In this document: in pieces, positions 34,686 to 43,164 of the stretch | How the letters are laid out: each line of letters opens with the position of its first letter | Position numbering within the stretch: the first letter of the stretch is position 1 | IMG/VR virus record: IMGVR_UViG_3300045988_109366 | Location: 64,001 to 128,000 of that record | Origin: a virus | Direction: 5' to 3' (one strand) | Length of the DNA stretch: 64,000 nucleotides | Position numbers and translations under genes: made by a program | The notes under the pieces: generated by a model | The model's database searches: none | Told to the model about the DNA's origin: nothing | The model's input: only the letters and a program-made list of their open reading frames with translations

Positions 34686-34728
34686 ATCATAATTATATTA
34701 ATACAAATATAATAAATACTTAATAGTA

Positions 34729-35313
34729 TTAAAATAATTTAAACTTACGTCTAATATACTCGGCTATAAGCGTAGCGTCACACATTCCGTCTTGTATCTT
34801 AGTAGGTTGTATTCCTTTTCCTGACCATGGTTTCACGAAAGAGACCAAAGGGAAAAGGCGTATGGCGCATCGGATGGAGGTAGCTTTCGTATCTAACTTC
34901 GCCGCCGTATACACCCGATCGGCTGTCGTATGAAGCTCCTTCTGCCAGGTCTTTGGCTGTACCTCCTCGAACATGAACCTAACATCCGGGTGAGATCCGT
35001 ATCGCTCCATCATCTCCACCATCATAGCGAATAGGGCGTTCGGTTCCCGGCGTCTCCCGCCAAAGGTGAAGTTGCTGGCGGCCGAGCTGTTGTGGATGCT
35101 GTGGACGTCCTCGACGGCGATCGCCAGCGTCCCGCCTCCCTCTTCTTGGATCTTGTCAGCGGCATCTAGGAGGAAGCTTGATATAGCCCTAAGGTCTATA
35201 TCCCCCTTAGCCGATATCCTTGGAGTCATAATTACCTTAATATCCCCGTTCTCCGGGATCATGGACAATCCTCCGGTGTCTATACCCGGATCTATGCCTA
35301 TTGATATATTCAT
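34729..35313 (-). CDS. RuvC-like Holliday junction resolvase
   Basis: ISIGIDPGIDTGGLS (first catalytic Asp) and LAIAVEDVHS (Glu) in RuvC order; 194 aa. Confidence 0.6.
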   Translation of the reverse strand: MNISIGIDPGIDTGGLSMIPENGDIKVIMTPRISAKGDIDLRAISSFLLDAADKIQEEGGGTLAIAVEDVHSIHNSSAASNFTFGGRRREPNALFAMMVEMMERYGSHPDVRFMFEEVQPKTWQKELHTTADRVYTAAKLDTKATSIRCAIRLFPLVSFVKPWSGKGIQPTKIQDGMCDATLIAEYIRRKFKLF

Positions 35314-35576
35314 AACTTCAACGTATATAATGAATGGAAATCCTCCGGTCTAAACACCTGTAATGAGTTATCCGGATACATACCTATATAATAACCGTAA
35401 AAAGCCCGTAGAATGCCATTTTCTAGCCTTATATCCAAAGCCTTTACCTTGTGACCGTCAACCATCACATCAAGCTCCTTGGTTCTTTGGGATATCTTAT
35501 CAAACCATTCAGGTATAGGATCAATCCCGTACCTGAATGCGTTTACTGTTGATTTTATCGATATATATGTTCCCAT
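35310..35576 (-). CDS. hypothetical protein
   Basis: ORF track. Confidence 0.5.
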   Translation of the reverse strand: MGTYISIKSTVNAFRYGIDPIPEWFDKISQRTKELDVMVDGHKVKALDIRLENGILRAFYGYYIGMYPDNSLQVFRPEDFHSLYTLKL

Positions 35577-35578
35577 GA

Positions 35579-35938
35579 TCAGATAAGATTACAATCGTCA
35601 CGTTTAACAACCTTAAAATCACCATTGCGAAGGAATATCGCCACATCAGATCTCGTATACGTAAGAGGTGTATACGATACCAAATGATAAGATGCCTGCC
35701 CGACGGCGGGGCGAACCGGTCTCAATACGGCTATGGCTATATCTCCGCCAAGTTCCGTGCCACCGGTGACACCCTGTAGGCACATAAAGATATATCCCTC
35801 AAACTCATGTTTCTTACCAATAAACTCACTCATAGGGATACCTACGAACAAATAGTTCTTTACATCCTCTTTCTTAACATCAGCGGCGTTCTCTACGCTG
35901 GATGGTATTACGTCTACAAATTTTACTCCTATTGCCAT
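35579..35938 (-). CDS. hypothetical protein
   Basis: ORF track. Confidence 0.5.
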   Translation of the reverse strand: MAIGVKFVDVIPSSVENAADVKKEDVKNYLFVGIPMSEFIGKKHEFEGYIFMCLQGVTGGTELGGDIAIAVLRPVRPAVGQASYHLVSYTPLTYTRSDVAIFLRNGDFKVVKRDDCNLI

Positions 35939-35940
35939 GA

Positions 35941-36927
35941 TTACAAATTCAATTTAGTTCTTAATTCTTGACACAATTCTTGATTATCTCTCATGATACT
36001 TAACGTATTATCGACTCCGTTCCCTACACGAACATCCCCGTACCAGTACCATGATCCTTTACGGGTAAAGATACCGGTTTCCTCGCATAACTTCAAAAGT
36101 TCAAGTTCCTTATCAAACCCCACGCCATAATACAAGGCTGTCTCTGCTATTTGGAACGGAACGGCTGTCTTGTTCTTCAGCACCTTTATCCTAACCTCAT
36201 GACCTACTGAAGATCCGTCCTCTCCTAATATAACCTTCTTTCTCGCCATCTCCATACGGATAGAGGCATAGAACTTAAGGGCGTTACCTCCGGTCGTCAC
36301 CTTAGGATCGCCGTATATAACACCGATCTTCTCCCGGTACTGATTGATGAATACCAGAACGCAATCGCTTTTGTTAACGATACCGGTAAGGACTCTCATG
36401 GCTTTAGACATCAAACGAGCCTGCAATCCCATGTTGCTGTCTTCCATATCGCCCTCTATCTCCTTCTTCGGTACCAGATTGGCTACAGAATCTACGACAA
36501 TAAATCCGACCTTCCCGGATTCGACTAACTTGGCTGTGATGTCAATAGCCAGCTCCCCGTAGCTTGGTTGGGAGATCAAAAACCGGTTTATATCCAACCC
36601 CATTTTCCTAGCGTACTCAATATCGAAAGCGTTCTCCACGTCTATTATAGCTACTAGCTTATCTGGATGTTTTTTCTGGAACTCGATCATACTTAACGTA
36701 CACATCATAGTCTTGCCACAAGATTCCATCCCGACCAGCTCATGAATCCGGCCTACCGCCCATCCGCCGCCTAGGGCCTTATCCACCACCAGCGATCCAG
36801 TGCTTTCCCTTGGTATGGATATTATAGGCTTATCATCGCCGAAGTTCATTATCGAGCCTTCTCCAAGCTCTTTATTTAAAGATGATACTAATTCATCTAC
36901 GTCTGAAAAAAGTTCTTTCTTAGCCAT
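35941..36927 (-). CDS. recA: RecA recombinase
   Basis: GRIHELVGMESCGKTMMCT (Walker A), FIVVDSVANLVPKKEIEGDMEDSNMGLQARLMSKAMRVLTG (RecA signature), 328 aa. Confidence 0.85.
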   Translation of the reverse strand: MAKKELFSDVDELVSSLNKELGEGSIMNFGDDKPIISIPRESTGSLVVDKALGGGWAVGRIHELVGMESCGKTMMCTLSMIEFQKKHPDKLVAIIDVENAFDIEYARKMGLDINRFLISQPSYGELAIDITAKLVESGKVGFIVVDSVANLVPKKEIEGDMEDSNMGLQARLMSKAMRVLTGIVNKSDCVLVFINQYREKIGVIYGDPKVTTGGNALKFYASIRMEMARKKVILGEDGSSVGHEVRIKVLKNKTAVPFQIAETALYYGVGFDKELELLKLCEETGIFTRKGSWYWYGDVRVGNGVDNTLSIMRDNQELCQELRTKLNL

Positions 36928-38336
36928 TATAATCCAAATCCCTCGAAGTTAAATAAATCTTGTTGCTTCTTTATCATATCCTTACCGATGTCAGATATCT
37001 TTTCCGGATTCAAAACACCCTCATTCTCATCCACCTTCTCTATAAAGTCAGATATCTTATCGCTTAGCAGTACCATATCTTCCTTAGGCACTGATTTTAG
37101 ATAAAGCCCGTCTATAGACCTACATCTTGAAAGAGCGGTATATATCTGCCCTATCTCGAAGGCTCTGCTGATGTCTACGAATATATTATCTAAAGTCATT
37201 CCCTGAGATTTATGAACGGTTATAGCGTATCCTAACCTCAATGGATATTGTATTATATAGCCGCAAGAAATGCCTTCAAGGGAATCGTCTACCTGCTTAT
37301 ACTTCATCTTCTCCCACTTCTCTTTGGTTATCTCCACCTCAGTATCGTTATCTAGATGAACATATATCGTCTCATCAACAGTATCTATGCTGGTTATGAT
37401 CCCCATCGAGCCATTGACATACCCGTTGCCGTTTCTGGTTATTATGACCTTAGCTCCTACCTTTACTATAAGCTCATCCTCACAGGGAGCTACAGGCTTT
37501 TCCCCGAATACAGTAGCATCGAACTTAAATACCTTATTATTGATCTTATCAAGATTAGTCTTATTTATCTCATAAGCTTCTTTGTTAGTTGAGCATATAA
37601 TTATAGTATTATCCATATTATCCGGATACTTGACCCTACTATCCAATATCTGTCTTGACTCATCGGTAATAACCCCACATCTTATATCCTCAAGTACGGA
37701 AAGAAGCTGAGGATCTTTTTGACGGAATACGTTCTCGAAGGTAATGACCGAGAATCCTGACGCTCTTAATGCCTTTGATGAGAAAAAGAACCGGCTCTCA
37801 TAATATTTGTCGATAAAATCATCCTCCGTCACCACAGGCGGTAGTTGTGATAGATCTCCAAACATAATCAACCTAACGCCACCAAAAGGTTCCTTGCTAC
37901 GCCTGCATTGTCTAAGTATGTCAGCCACCTCATCAAGCAAATCAGGTCTTACCATACTGATCTCGTCGATAACGATAGTATCAAGGTTTCTGATCTTCTT
38001 CTTCATAAACGGACTTACATCCACCTTATTAGACAACATACCTCTCTCGATAGAAGGGATATAAGGATCGTTCTTTATAGAGAAAAACGAATGAATGGTC
38101 TGTCCTCCGGCGTTCAACGCCGCTACTCCAGTTGGGGCTACGATAACGCACTTACCCAAGAACTTTACGATACGTCTCATGAACGTACTTTTACCACTAC
38201 CAGCTCTACCGGTAATAAATAGATTCTCCCTAGTGGTGAAAATCTTCTTCAAGGCACGACCCTGCTCTACGTTTTTATCCACCGTCATAATATGACGAAG
38301 GAGGTCGTTTTCATTTCTAAAATCCTCTTGTACCAT
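36927..38336 (-). CDS. Pif1/RecD-like superfamily 1 helicase
   Basis: ITGRAGSGKST, APTGVAALN..GQTIHSFF, IVIDEISMV, MFGDLSQLPPV, ITVHKSQGMT. Confidence 0.85.
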   Translation of the reverse strand: MVQEDFRNENDLLRHIMTVDKNVEQGRALKKIFTTRENLFITGRAGSGKSTFMRRIVKFLGKCVIVAPTGVAALNAGGQTIHSFFSIKNDPYIPSIERGMLSNKVDVSPFMKKKIRNLDTIVIDEISMVRPDLLDEVADILRQCRRSKEPFGGVRLIMFGDLSQLPPVVTEDDFIDKYYESRFFFSSKALRASGFSVITFENVFRQKDPQLLSVLEDIRCGVITDESRQILDSRVKYPDNMDNTIIICSTNKEAYEINKTNLDKINNKVFKFDATVFGEKPVAPCEDELIVKVGAKVIITRNGNGYVNGSMGIITSIDTVDETIYVHLDNDTEVEITKEKWEKMKYKQVDDSLEGISCGYIIQYPLRLGYAITVHKSQGMTLDNIFVDISRAFEIGQIYTALSRCRSIDGLYLKSVPKEDMVLLSDKISDFIEKVDENEGVLNPEKISDIGKDMIKKQQDLFNFEGFGL

Positions 38337-38439
38337 ATCTTTTTATGTTTATGGTACAAAGATACGAATAGTTATAATTAACCATTAAAAATAAATGTAA
38401 ACAATATATAAATATTAAATTTTATATCTGATACTCAAA

Positions 38440-39582
38440 TCATCCGGCTTTACTCATCTCTGACCCTTTTACCCCTAAAAAGACGTCTTTTATAAAATCT
38501 TCGGAGATGATTATATGCATTATCTTTCCTCTGTATGATAGTCTTAGGTGTCCGATAGTTATATTTTTCCTGTCTTTGGTATTAACTATTCCGTTGTTTT
38601 TCTTTACCTCATCATATAAATCGGATATAGTCTTACAGCACATACTAAGAACTTCTTTTATCATCCGATATACCGTTCTTTGGGATATTAGCATCATACC
38701 TTCTTTTGATAACTTTATATTCAATCTATCCATAAGATATGACACATTGAATTTGACAGTTCTTTTTTTAGTTACCTTATATATCTTATTTATATTTCTG
38801 TTTCTAGCTGAGAATATTATTTTTGATAACATCTTGACTCTATTTAATTTACGACTTTTGTTAGCCATCCATCTTCTGGTATTCGAATCAAGATTTTTAT
38901 CAAGGCAGGTATATACAGATTCTCCTTTCTTTACAAACATATCCTTTATCCTTGGGGTCTTACTAGCCCTATGCTTGTATTTTATGATATCCGATAAAGC
39001 TATCATAATCTCTCCTTCAGCCCAAGCCTTTAAGCTTATAAGCTGGTAGTTCATATCCTCATGAGAATCCCTTAACACATGACGGTAGCAGAAATAAGCG
39101 CATCCATCTGATAGGATATCAATAAAATCATTGGTATTGATCTCTATCTGATCTCTATTCCCGCCATGCATCCTATTTCTTAGAAACACATGTTTGAATA
39201 CGTTTATGATAATAAGATATATCATTGCCATCTTACATTCATCACTGATCTGAATACCTGATCCATGATACTCCTCATGTTTCAATGAATATTTTATAGC
39301 TGTCACTTTTTTGCCTTCCTTATTGGTAACAGGTTTAAAATCGACTGGACATATAAGTGACCCGGCTGGAAGTTTTACGCATCCTAGCTCATCTTTTTTG
39401 GCCTGAATATTACGTGGAGTATATCTTTCGGTAATAATCTTATCGAAATTTGATTTCATCATATGTAAAATTCCTATCTTTGTTCCCATATGTTTTTTTT
39501 TTTTATTTGCTGCGAATATACAAGTTTCATCAATACGAAACAAATTATTCGGATGGATGGGTAGCCTGTGAAGGTCGCCCAT
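38440..39582 (-). CDS. hypothetical protein with possible C-terminal HTH; first gene of the minus-strand arm
   Basis: ORF track; LISQRTVYRMIKEVL resembles an HTH recognition helix. Confidence 0.55.
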   Translation of the reverse strand: MGDLHRLPIHPNNLFRIDETCIFAANKKKKHMGTKIGILHMMKSNFDKIITERYTPRNIQAKKDELGCVKLPAGSLICPVDFKPVTNKEGKKVTAIKYSLKHEEYHGSGIQISDECKMAMIYLIIINVFKHVFLRNRMHGGNRDQIEINTNDFIDILSDGCAYFCYRHVLRDSHEDMNYQLISLKAWAEGEIMIALSDIIKYKHRASKTPRIKDMFVKKGESVYTCLDKNLDSNTRRWMANKSRKLNRVKMLSKIIFSARNRNINKIYKVTKKRTVKFNVSYLMDRLNIKLSKEGMMLISQRTVYRMIKEVLSMCCKTISDLYDEVKKNNGIVNTKDRKNITIGHLRLSYRGKIMHIIISEDFIKDVFLGVKGSEMSKAG

Positions 39583-39930
39583 TTGTTGTTTATACGAAAT
39601 TATCGTAATAAATTAGAGGGGGTAAATCACTGTGTTTGTGGAAGATCATTTTTGACACGACACTTGTTACGCGCGCGTTAATAGGTATATTTATTAAATA
39701 TAATTAACTCTATAAACATATACTACTTTCTAATATCCCTATCCGTACACAGAACCTCTCCTGACGTCGAGTTCCTGTGTACTCCACTTAAAGTCTCTAT
39801 TTAATAAAACATTGCTTTTTACCGCCAAGGTATGGTGCCGTCAGGCAGGATACCGCAGGCTAAACATGGTAGAAGCCGTATCCTATACCGGAAGCCGGTA
39901 CCCCGGTAGGGGGATCGGGTGGAGCATAAG

Positions 39931-40030
39931 CCAAAGAAGAAAAAGCGAGGTCTTGTACGATCGCTCGCGCTCCGGCCGTCCGTATCTTCTACGGCAGGCT
40001 CCATGCCCCAGGGCCTCCCATTTCCCTTGG
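39931..40030. repeat. GC-rich palindromic element carrying copy 1 of a 58-nt core
   Basis: CCAAAGAAGAAAAAG ... 58-nt core 39948-40005 ... GGCCTCCCATTTCCCTTGG. Confidence 0.6.
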
Positions 40031-40061
40031 CTTTATATCCCACAGCTTAGGAGGAAGGAAT

Positions 40062-40230
40062 CCAAAGGGAAAAAGGTAAGGTCTTGTACGGTCGCTCACG
40101 CTCCGGCCGTCCGTATCTTCTACGGCAGGCTCCATGTCAATAGCGAATCTCTGGCGGCATTGTCCGGTATGACGGCGGTAGCCTTACCCTGGGTGTCCCC
40201 GAGCGTCCCCCACCAACCTTTTCCCTTTGG
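40062..40230. repeat. GC-rich palindromic element carrying copy 2 of the 58-nt core
   Basis: CCAAAGGGAAAAGG-type arm at 40062-40076 pairs over 14 bp with CCTTTTCCCTTTGG (40217-40230); core 40079-40136 differs from copy 1 at 2 positions. Confidence 0.65.
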
Positions 40231-40263
40231 ATGCCTTGGGCTATGTCATGGGACGATAAGAAG

Positions 40264-40423
40264 CCAAAAAAAGGAGTGGTCGCATCCCGTGAGGCAGGAT
40301 AAGACTGTCCCCCTCCGTCCACGTGCGTAGCGTACGTTAACTTCACTGCCCTCGCTATTGCAGACAGCCGTAGACATACATGGCTTCGTTCGTCCTACCC
40401 CCCAACTAGCTTTTATCCTTTGG
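40264..40423. repeat. GC-rich palindromic element (family member)
   Basis: CCAAAAAAAGGAGTGG ... CGTCCTACCCCCC ... CTTTTATCCTTTGG. Confidence 0.5.
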
Positions 40424-40501
40424 ATTCTCGTAAATACATGCTAGTCAGCATATATTATGTCGATTATGGCAAAATTTCTTGACAACGATATTTTTTTTAA
40501 G

Positions 40502-40509
40502 TAGTTTTG
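40502..40509 (+). promoter_or_regulatory. Bacteroidota-type -7 box TAGTTTTG
   Basis: TAnnTTTG match 18 nt upstream of the first plus-strand gene (ATG 40527). Confidence 0.4.
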
Positions 40510-40526
40510 CTGAAAACTAATTCCAT

Positions 40527-40940
40527 ATGTCTGAACAGAGGAAAGCTTTCGTATTCGCATTACCTTATGATACTAGACTGGATATGATCCAGCAGTTCTT
40601 AAGGATATACAACGGCTATCTGGATTCCAAGGGTAGGAGCTTGATTACAGAAAGAACGATAAACTTACTTTCTTTCTACATCAACTACGGATACTCTGAT
40701 GATACCAGGGCTAAGTACATGGATTGTCATGGACAGAAGGAGTCTTACATCGCTGTCCTTAACAACGAGCTTAAACGTGGTGGTTTTCTGGTGGACAAGA
40801 AGAACGGGAATTTCCGTACCCGTGAGCTGTCTATTGAGATGAGAAGCCTACGTAACTATTTTATTCTTGATGGGGAGGGTGATGATACCCGTGTAATGGG
40901 ATTCGTATTCAAGAGAAACAAATTGGATATTGATGGGTAG
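40527..40940 (+). CDS. hypothetical protein
   Basis: ORF track; first gene of the plus-strand arm. Confidence 0.55.
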   Translation: MSEQRKAFVFALPYDTRLDMIQQFLRIYNGYLDSKGRSLITERTINLLSFYINYGYSDDTRAKYMDCHGQKESYIAVLNNELKRGGFLVDKKNGNFRTRELSIEMRSLRNYFILDGEGDDTRVMGFVFKRNKLDIDG

Positions 40941-41373
40941 GAATCTTATTTCATTCGATAGGGATATCGTGGATGAGGTGGTAAGAAGATCTGATGGGAA
41001 GTTCACCAAACAACAGGTAGAGTGGTGCATGAAAGCATCCGTATCTTACGTCCACCACCTAGCTAGGTATACTGACAATATATCTATCAGAATCCCGTTT
41101 ATCGGATACGTTATATGCAATCTCCGAGAGATGCGTGTAAGGCGTGATAAGATACGTCGGATATTTGTCAAGGAAGGTAATCGTTATCCGGATGAAAGGA
41201 TGCCTATTGAGCTTGATTGTCTGGATAAGAAGATTAAGGCGATAGAGGATATGGAGGGGTTAAAGAACGGAGATCCTCTTATACGTGATAACCATGAGGC
41301 CATGTATCAATGTCGGTATGGAATGACATGGGAACAATTACAGGATTTTCAACAAAAACAGTTTAAAAAATAA
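40930..41373 (+). CDS. hypothetical protein
   Basis: ORF track. Confidence 0.55.
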   Translation: MMGRNLISFDRDIVDEVVRRSDGKFTKQQVEWCMKASVSYVHHLARYTDNISIRIPFIGYVICNLREMRVRRDKIRRIFVKEGNRYPDERMPIELDCLDKKIKAIEDMEGLKNGDPLIRDNHEAMYQCRYGMTWEQLQDFQQKQFKK

Positions 41374-41378
41374 TTATC

Positions 41379-42077
41379 GTGCAAACAATTGGTAAAGCCC
41401 AAGTAATAGCCCAAGCTTGGGAAGACAGTTTATTGGGCAGGATTCCTAAGGATAAGAAAGATTATCCCGAATGGTATAAGAATCGTCTTGAATTATGTAA
41501 GAAATGTTCTAAGAACTCTTCTAATATAGCTTTCTTTAAGTTACCGGCTAAGGTAATATTGCAAAGATTGATGGGTAGGCAGGCTTGCTCGTTGTGTGGT
41601 TGTTTTATCAAGGAGAAGGCTTGGATGAAGACCGAGGTATGCCCGTTGAAGTTCGTGGAAGGAGAGAAAGCTAAATGGAATGCTATGGAGGTGATAACAG
41701 CCGATCATAACGATTTTAACATCGAGTGCCCTAACGATTCCTTTGATATAGGACTGACGGATGATGAGAGCGAGTTTTATCTAAATATTTTTGATCAGAA
41801 AATAGGTGATAAGATAGAAATCGTGTTATTTATCACCCATAAAGATGGTTTCCATGTCAATGAGCATCATCTTGGATGTGGATGTATGGGAGACGTGTCA
41901 TATAACAAACATCCTGACAATGAGAATAGAACTATATTTAGGATGACGTTGGATACCTCAAAATACACGGAAGGTCATTTTGAGAAACATCTATCTCTTA
42001 TGGGTTATACTAAGGATGATCCTGAACGTAATTTCAAACATTTCCCGCTACGTATTATAGGGGAAGCTTATAAGTAA
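41379..42077 (+). CDS. hypothetical Cys-rich protein
   Basis: ORF track; CKKCSKN..CSLCGC cluster. Confidence 0.55.
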   Translation: MQTIGKAQVIAQAWEDSLLGRIPKDKKDYPEWYKNRLELCKKCSKNSSNIAFFKLPAKVILQRLMGRQACSLCGCFIKEKAWMKTEVCPLKFVEGEKAKWNAMEVITADHNDFNIECPNDSFDIGLTDDESEFYLNIFDQKIGDKIEIVLFITHKDGFHVNEHHLGCGCMGDVSYNKHPDNENRTIFRMTLDTSKYTEGHFEKHLSLMGYTKDDPERNFKHFPLRIIGEAYK

Positions 42078-42082
42078 ATACT

Positions 42083-42331
42083 ATGCGAAGTCCCGTAAGA
42101 AGTAAGATAGATGATCGTATCCATGCTCTTATTGTTATGGAAGTCGGTTGCCGTGAGTTGCCCGAATATTCGCTGGGTGATATACTTTACTCCGCTTTAA
42201 GGAGAGTTGCTAGGGCTAATGGTGGTAACGTACGCTTCTTGCGGGATGTTAGTACCAGGGATTTATTAAGAATAATAGATCAGAGTATCAGTGATGAGAT
42301 CGAGTTAAATAACAATGATTATAATGCGTAA
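42083..42331 (+). CDS. hypothetical protein
   Basis: ORF track. Confidence 0.5.
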   Translation: MRSPVRSKIDDRIHALIVMEVGCRELPEYSLGDILYSALRRVARANGGNVRFLRDVSTRDLLRIIDQSISDEIELNNNDYNA

Positions 42332-42875
42332 TATGGAAGATAAAGATATAAAAACAGAGATCAGGGATTATCTTAAAGAAGAGGCGGATACCCATATAAG
42401 GCATTGGATAGCCATAAAACGTGAGAGCAAGCGTCTGTATAGCGATATTGAGGATAGGACTAAGAAGATAGCCCTTAAATCATCTTCGTTGATAAAGGAG
42501 GAGGATTTTGTCGTTCTTCATGAGATGACCCATAAGATACAGATGTTGAATATAGAGGCTGTAAAAGTCAATTCTAGGTTGATGTTCATAATCCAGTTGG
42601 CTACTAGCTTCGGTATGGATCTGGATTTAGACACGACATATGCGTCCACCGCCAAGAGTATTATAGAAGACAGAACGTCTGGATTCGTGTTTTATGATGA
42701 CAAGGAACGTCTTAGATATGCTGACAAGGAGCTTGAGGATATGTTCCATGATATGAGTGTGACGGAAGTAAGTAAGATAGGTGTTGTTCAATCTTATGAG
42801 CTTCTTATGAAGCAGTATAACGAATTTAAGGAAATAAAGGCCAATGCCACAGGGAAGACGAAAGCCGACGAGTAA
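42315..42875 (+). CDS. hypothetical protein
   Basis: ORF track. Confidence 0.55.
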   Translation: MIIMRNMEDKDIKTEIRDYLKEEADTHIRHWIAIKRESKRLYSDIEDRTKKIALKSSSLIKEEDFVVLHEMTHKIQMLNIEAVKVNSRLMFIIQLATSFGMDLDLDTTYASTAKSIIEDRTSGFVFYDDKERLRYADKELEDMFHDMSVTEVSKIGVVQSYELLMKQYNEFKEIKANATGKTKADE

Positions 42876-43164
42876 GGATGTTGATCGGGTTAATGACAAT
42901 CTTGAGGTCATATCCAAGGCCGTGGATGATGCCAAGGCTTATATTGATAAGCATCCTTGGGACAAGGAGAAGCCGGAGGATATGGCAAGGGCATTTGACT
43001 TCATATCAAAATTAATCGATAAGATAAATACATGGAATGATTCTTATATGGAGAAAAGTGGGATCATGGATGTATATAGGTCTGTAAGCAATGTCCAGAA
43101 AAAGGAACGTAAGGGTCAGGTTTCTGGTGGAATCGAGTCTGTTTTAAAGGATATTATGAAATGA
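42844..43164 (+). CDS. hypothetical protein directly upstream of terL (small-terminase position, unproven)
   Basis: ORF track; 4-nt overlap with the terL start; position only. Confidence 0.45.
   Translation: MPQGRRKPTSKDVDRVNDNLEVISKAVDDAKAYIDKHPWDKEKPEDMARAFDFISKLIDKINTWNDSYMEKSGIMDVYRSVSNVQKKERKGQVSGGIESVLKDIMK

Noticed and set aside
39948-40136. Possible CRISPR-like repeat-spacer unit (two 58-nt repeats 73 nt apart)
   Set aside because: There are only two copies, the repeat is too long, no cas genes are present, and the copies are embedded in larger palindromic elements.
39812-40346. ORFs of 172, 74 and 69 aa in the GC-rich junction between the two arms
   Set aside because: The translations are Arg/Pro/Gly-rich. 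The two 58-nt core copies fall in different frames, and the region is made of palindromic elements. It was treated as non-coding.
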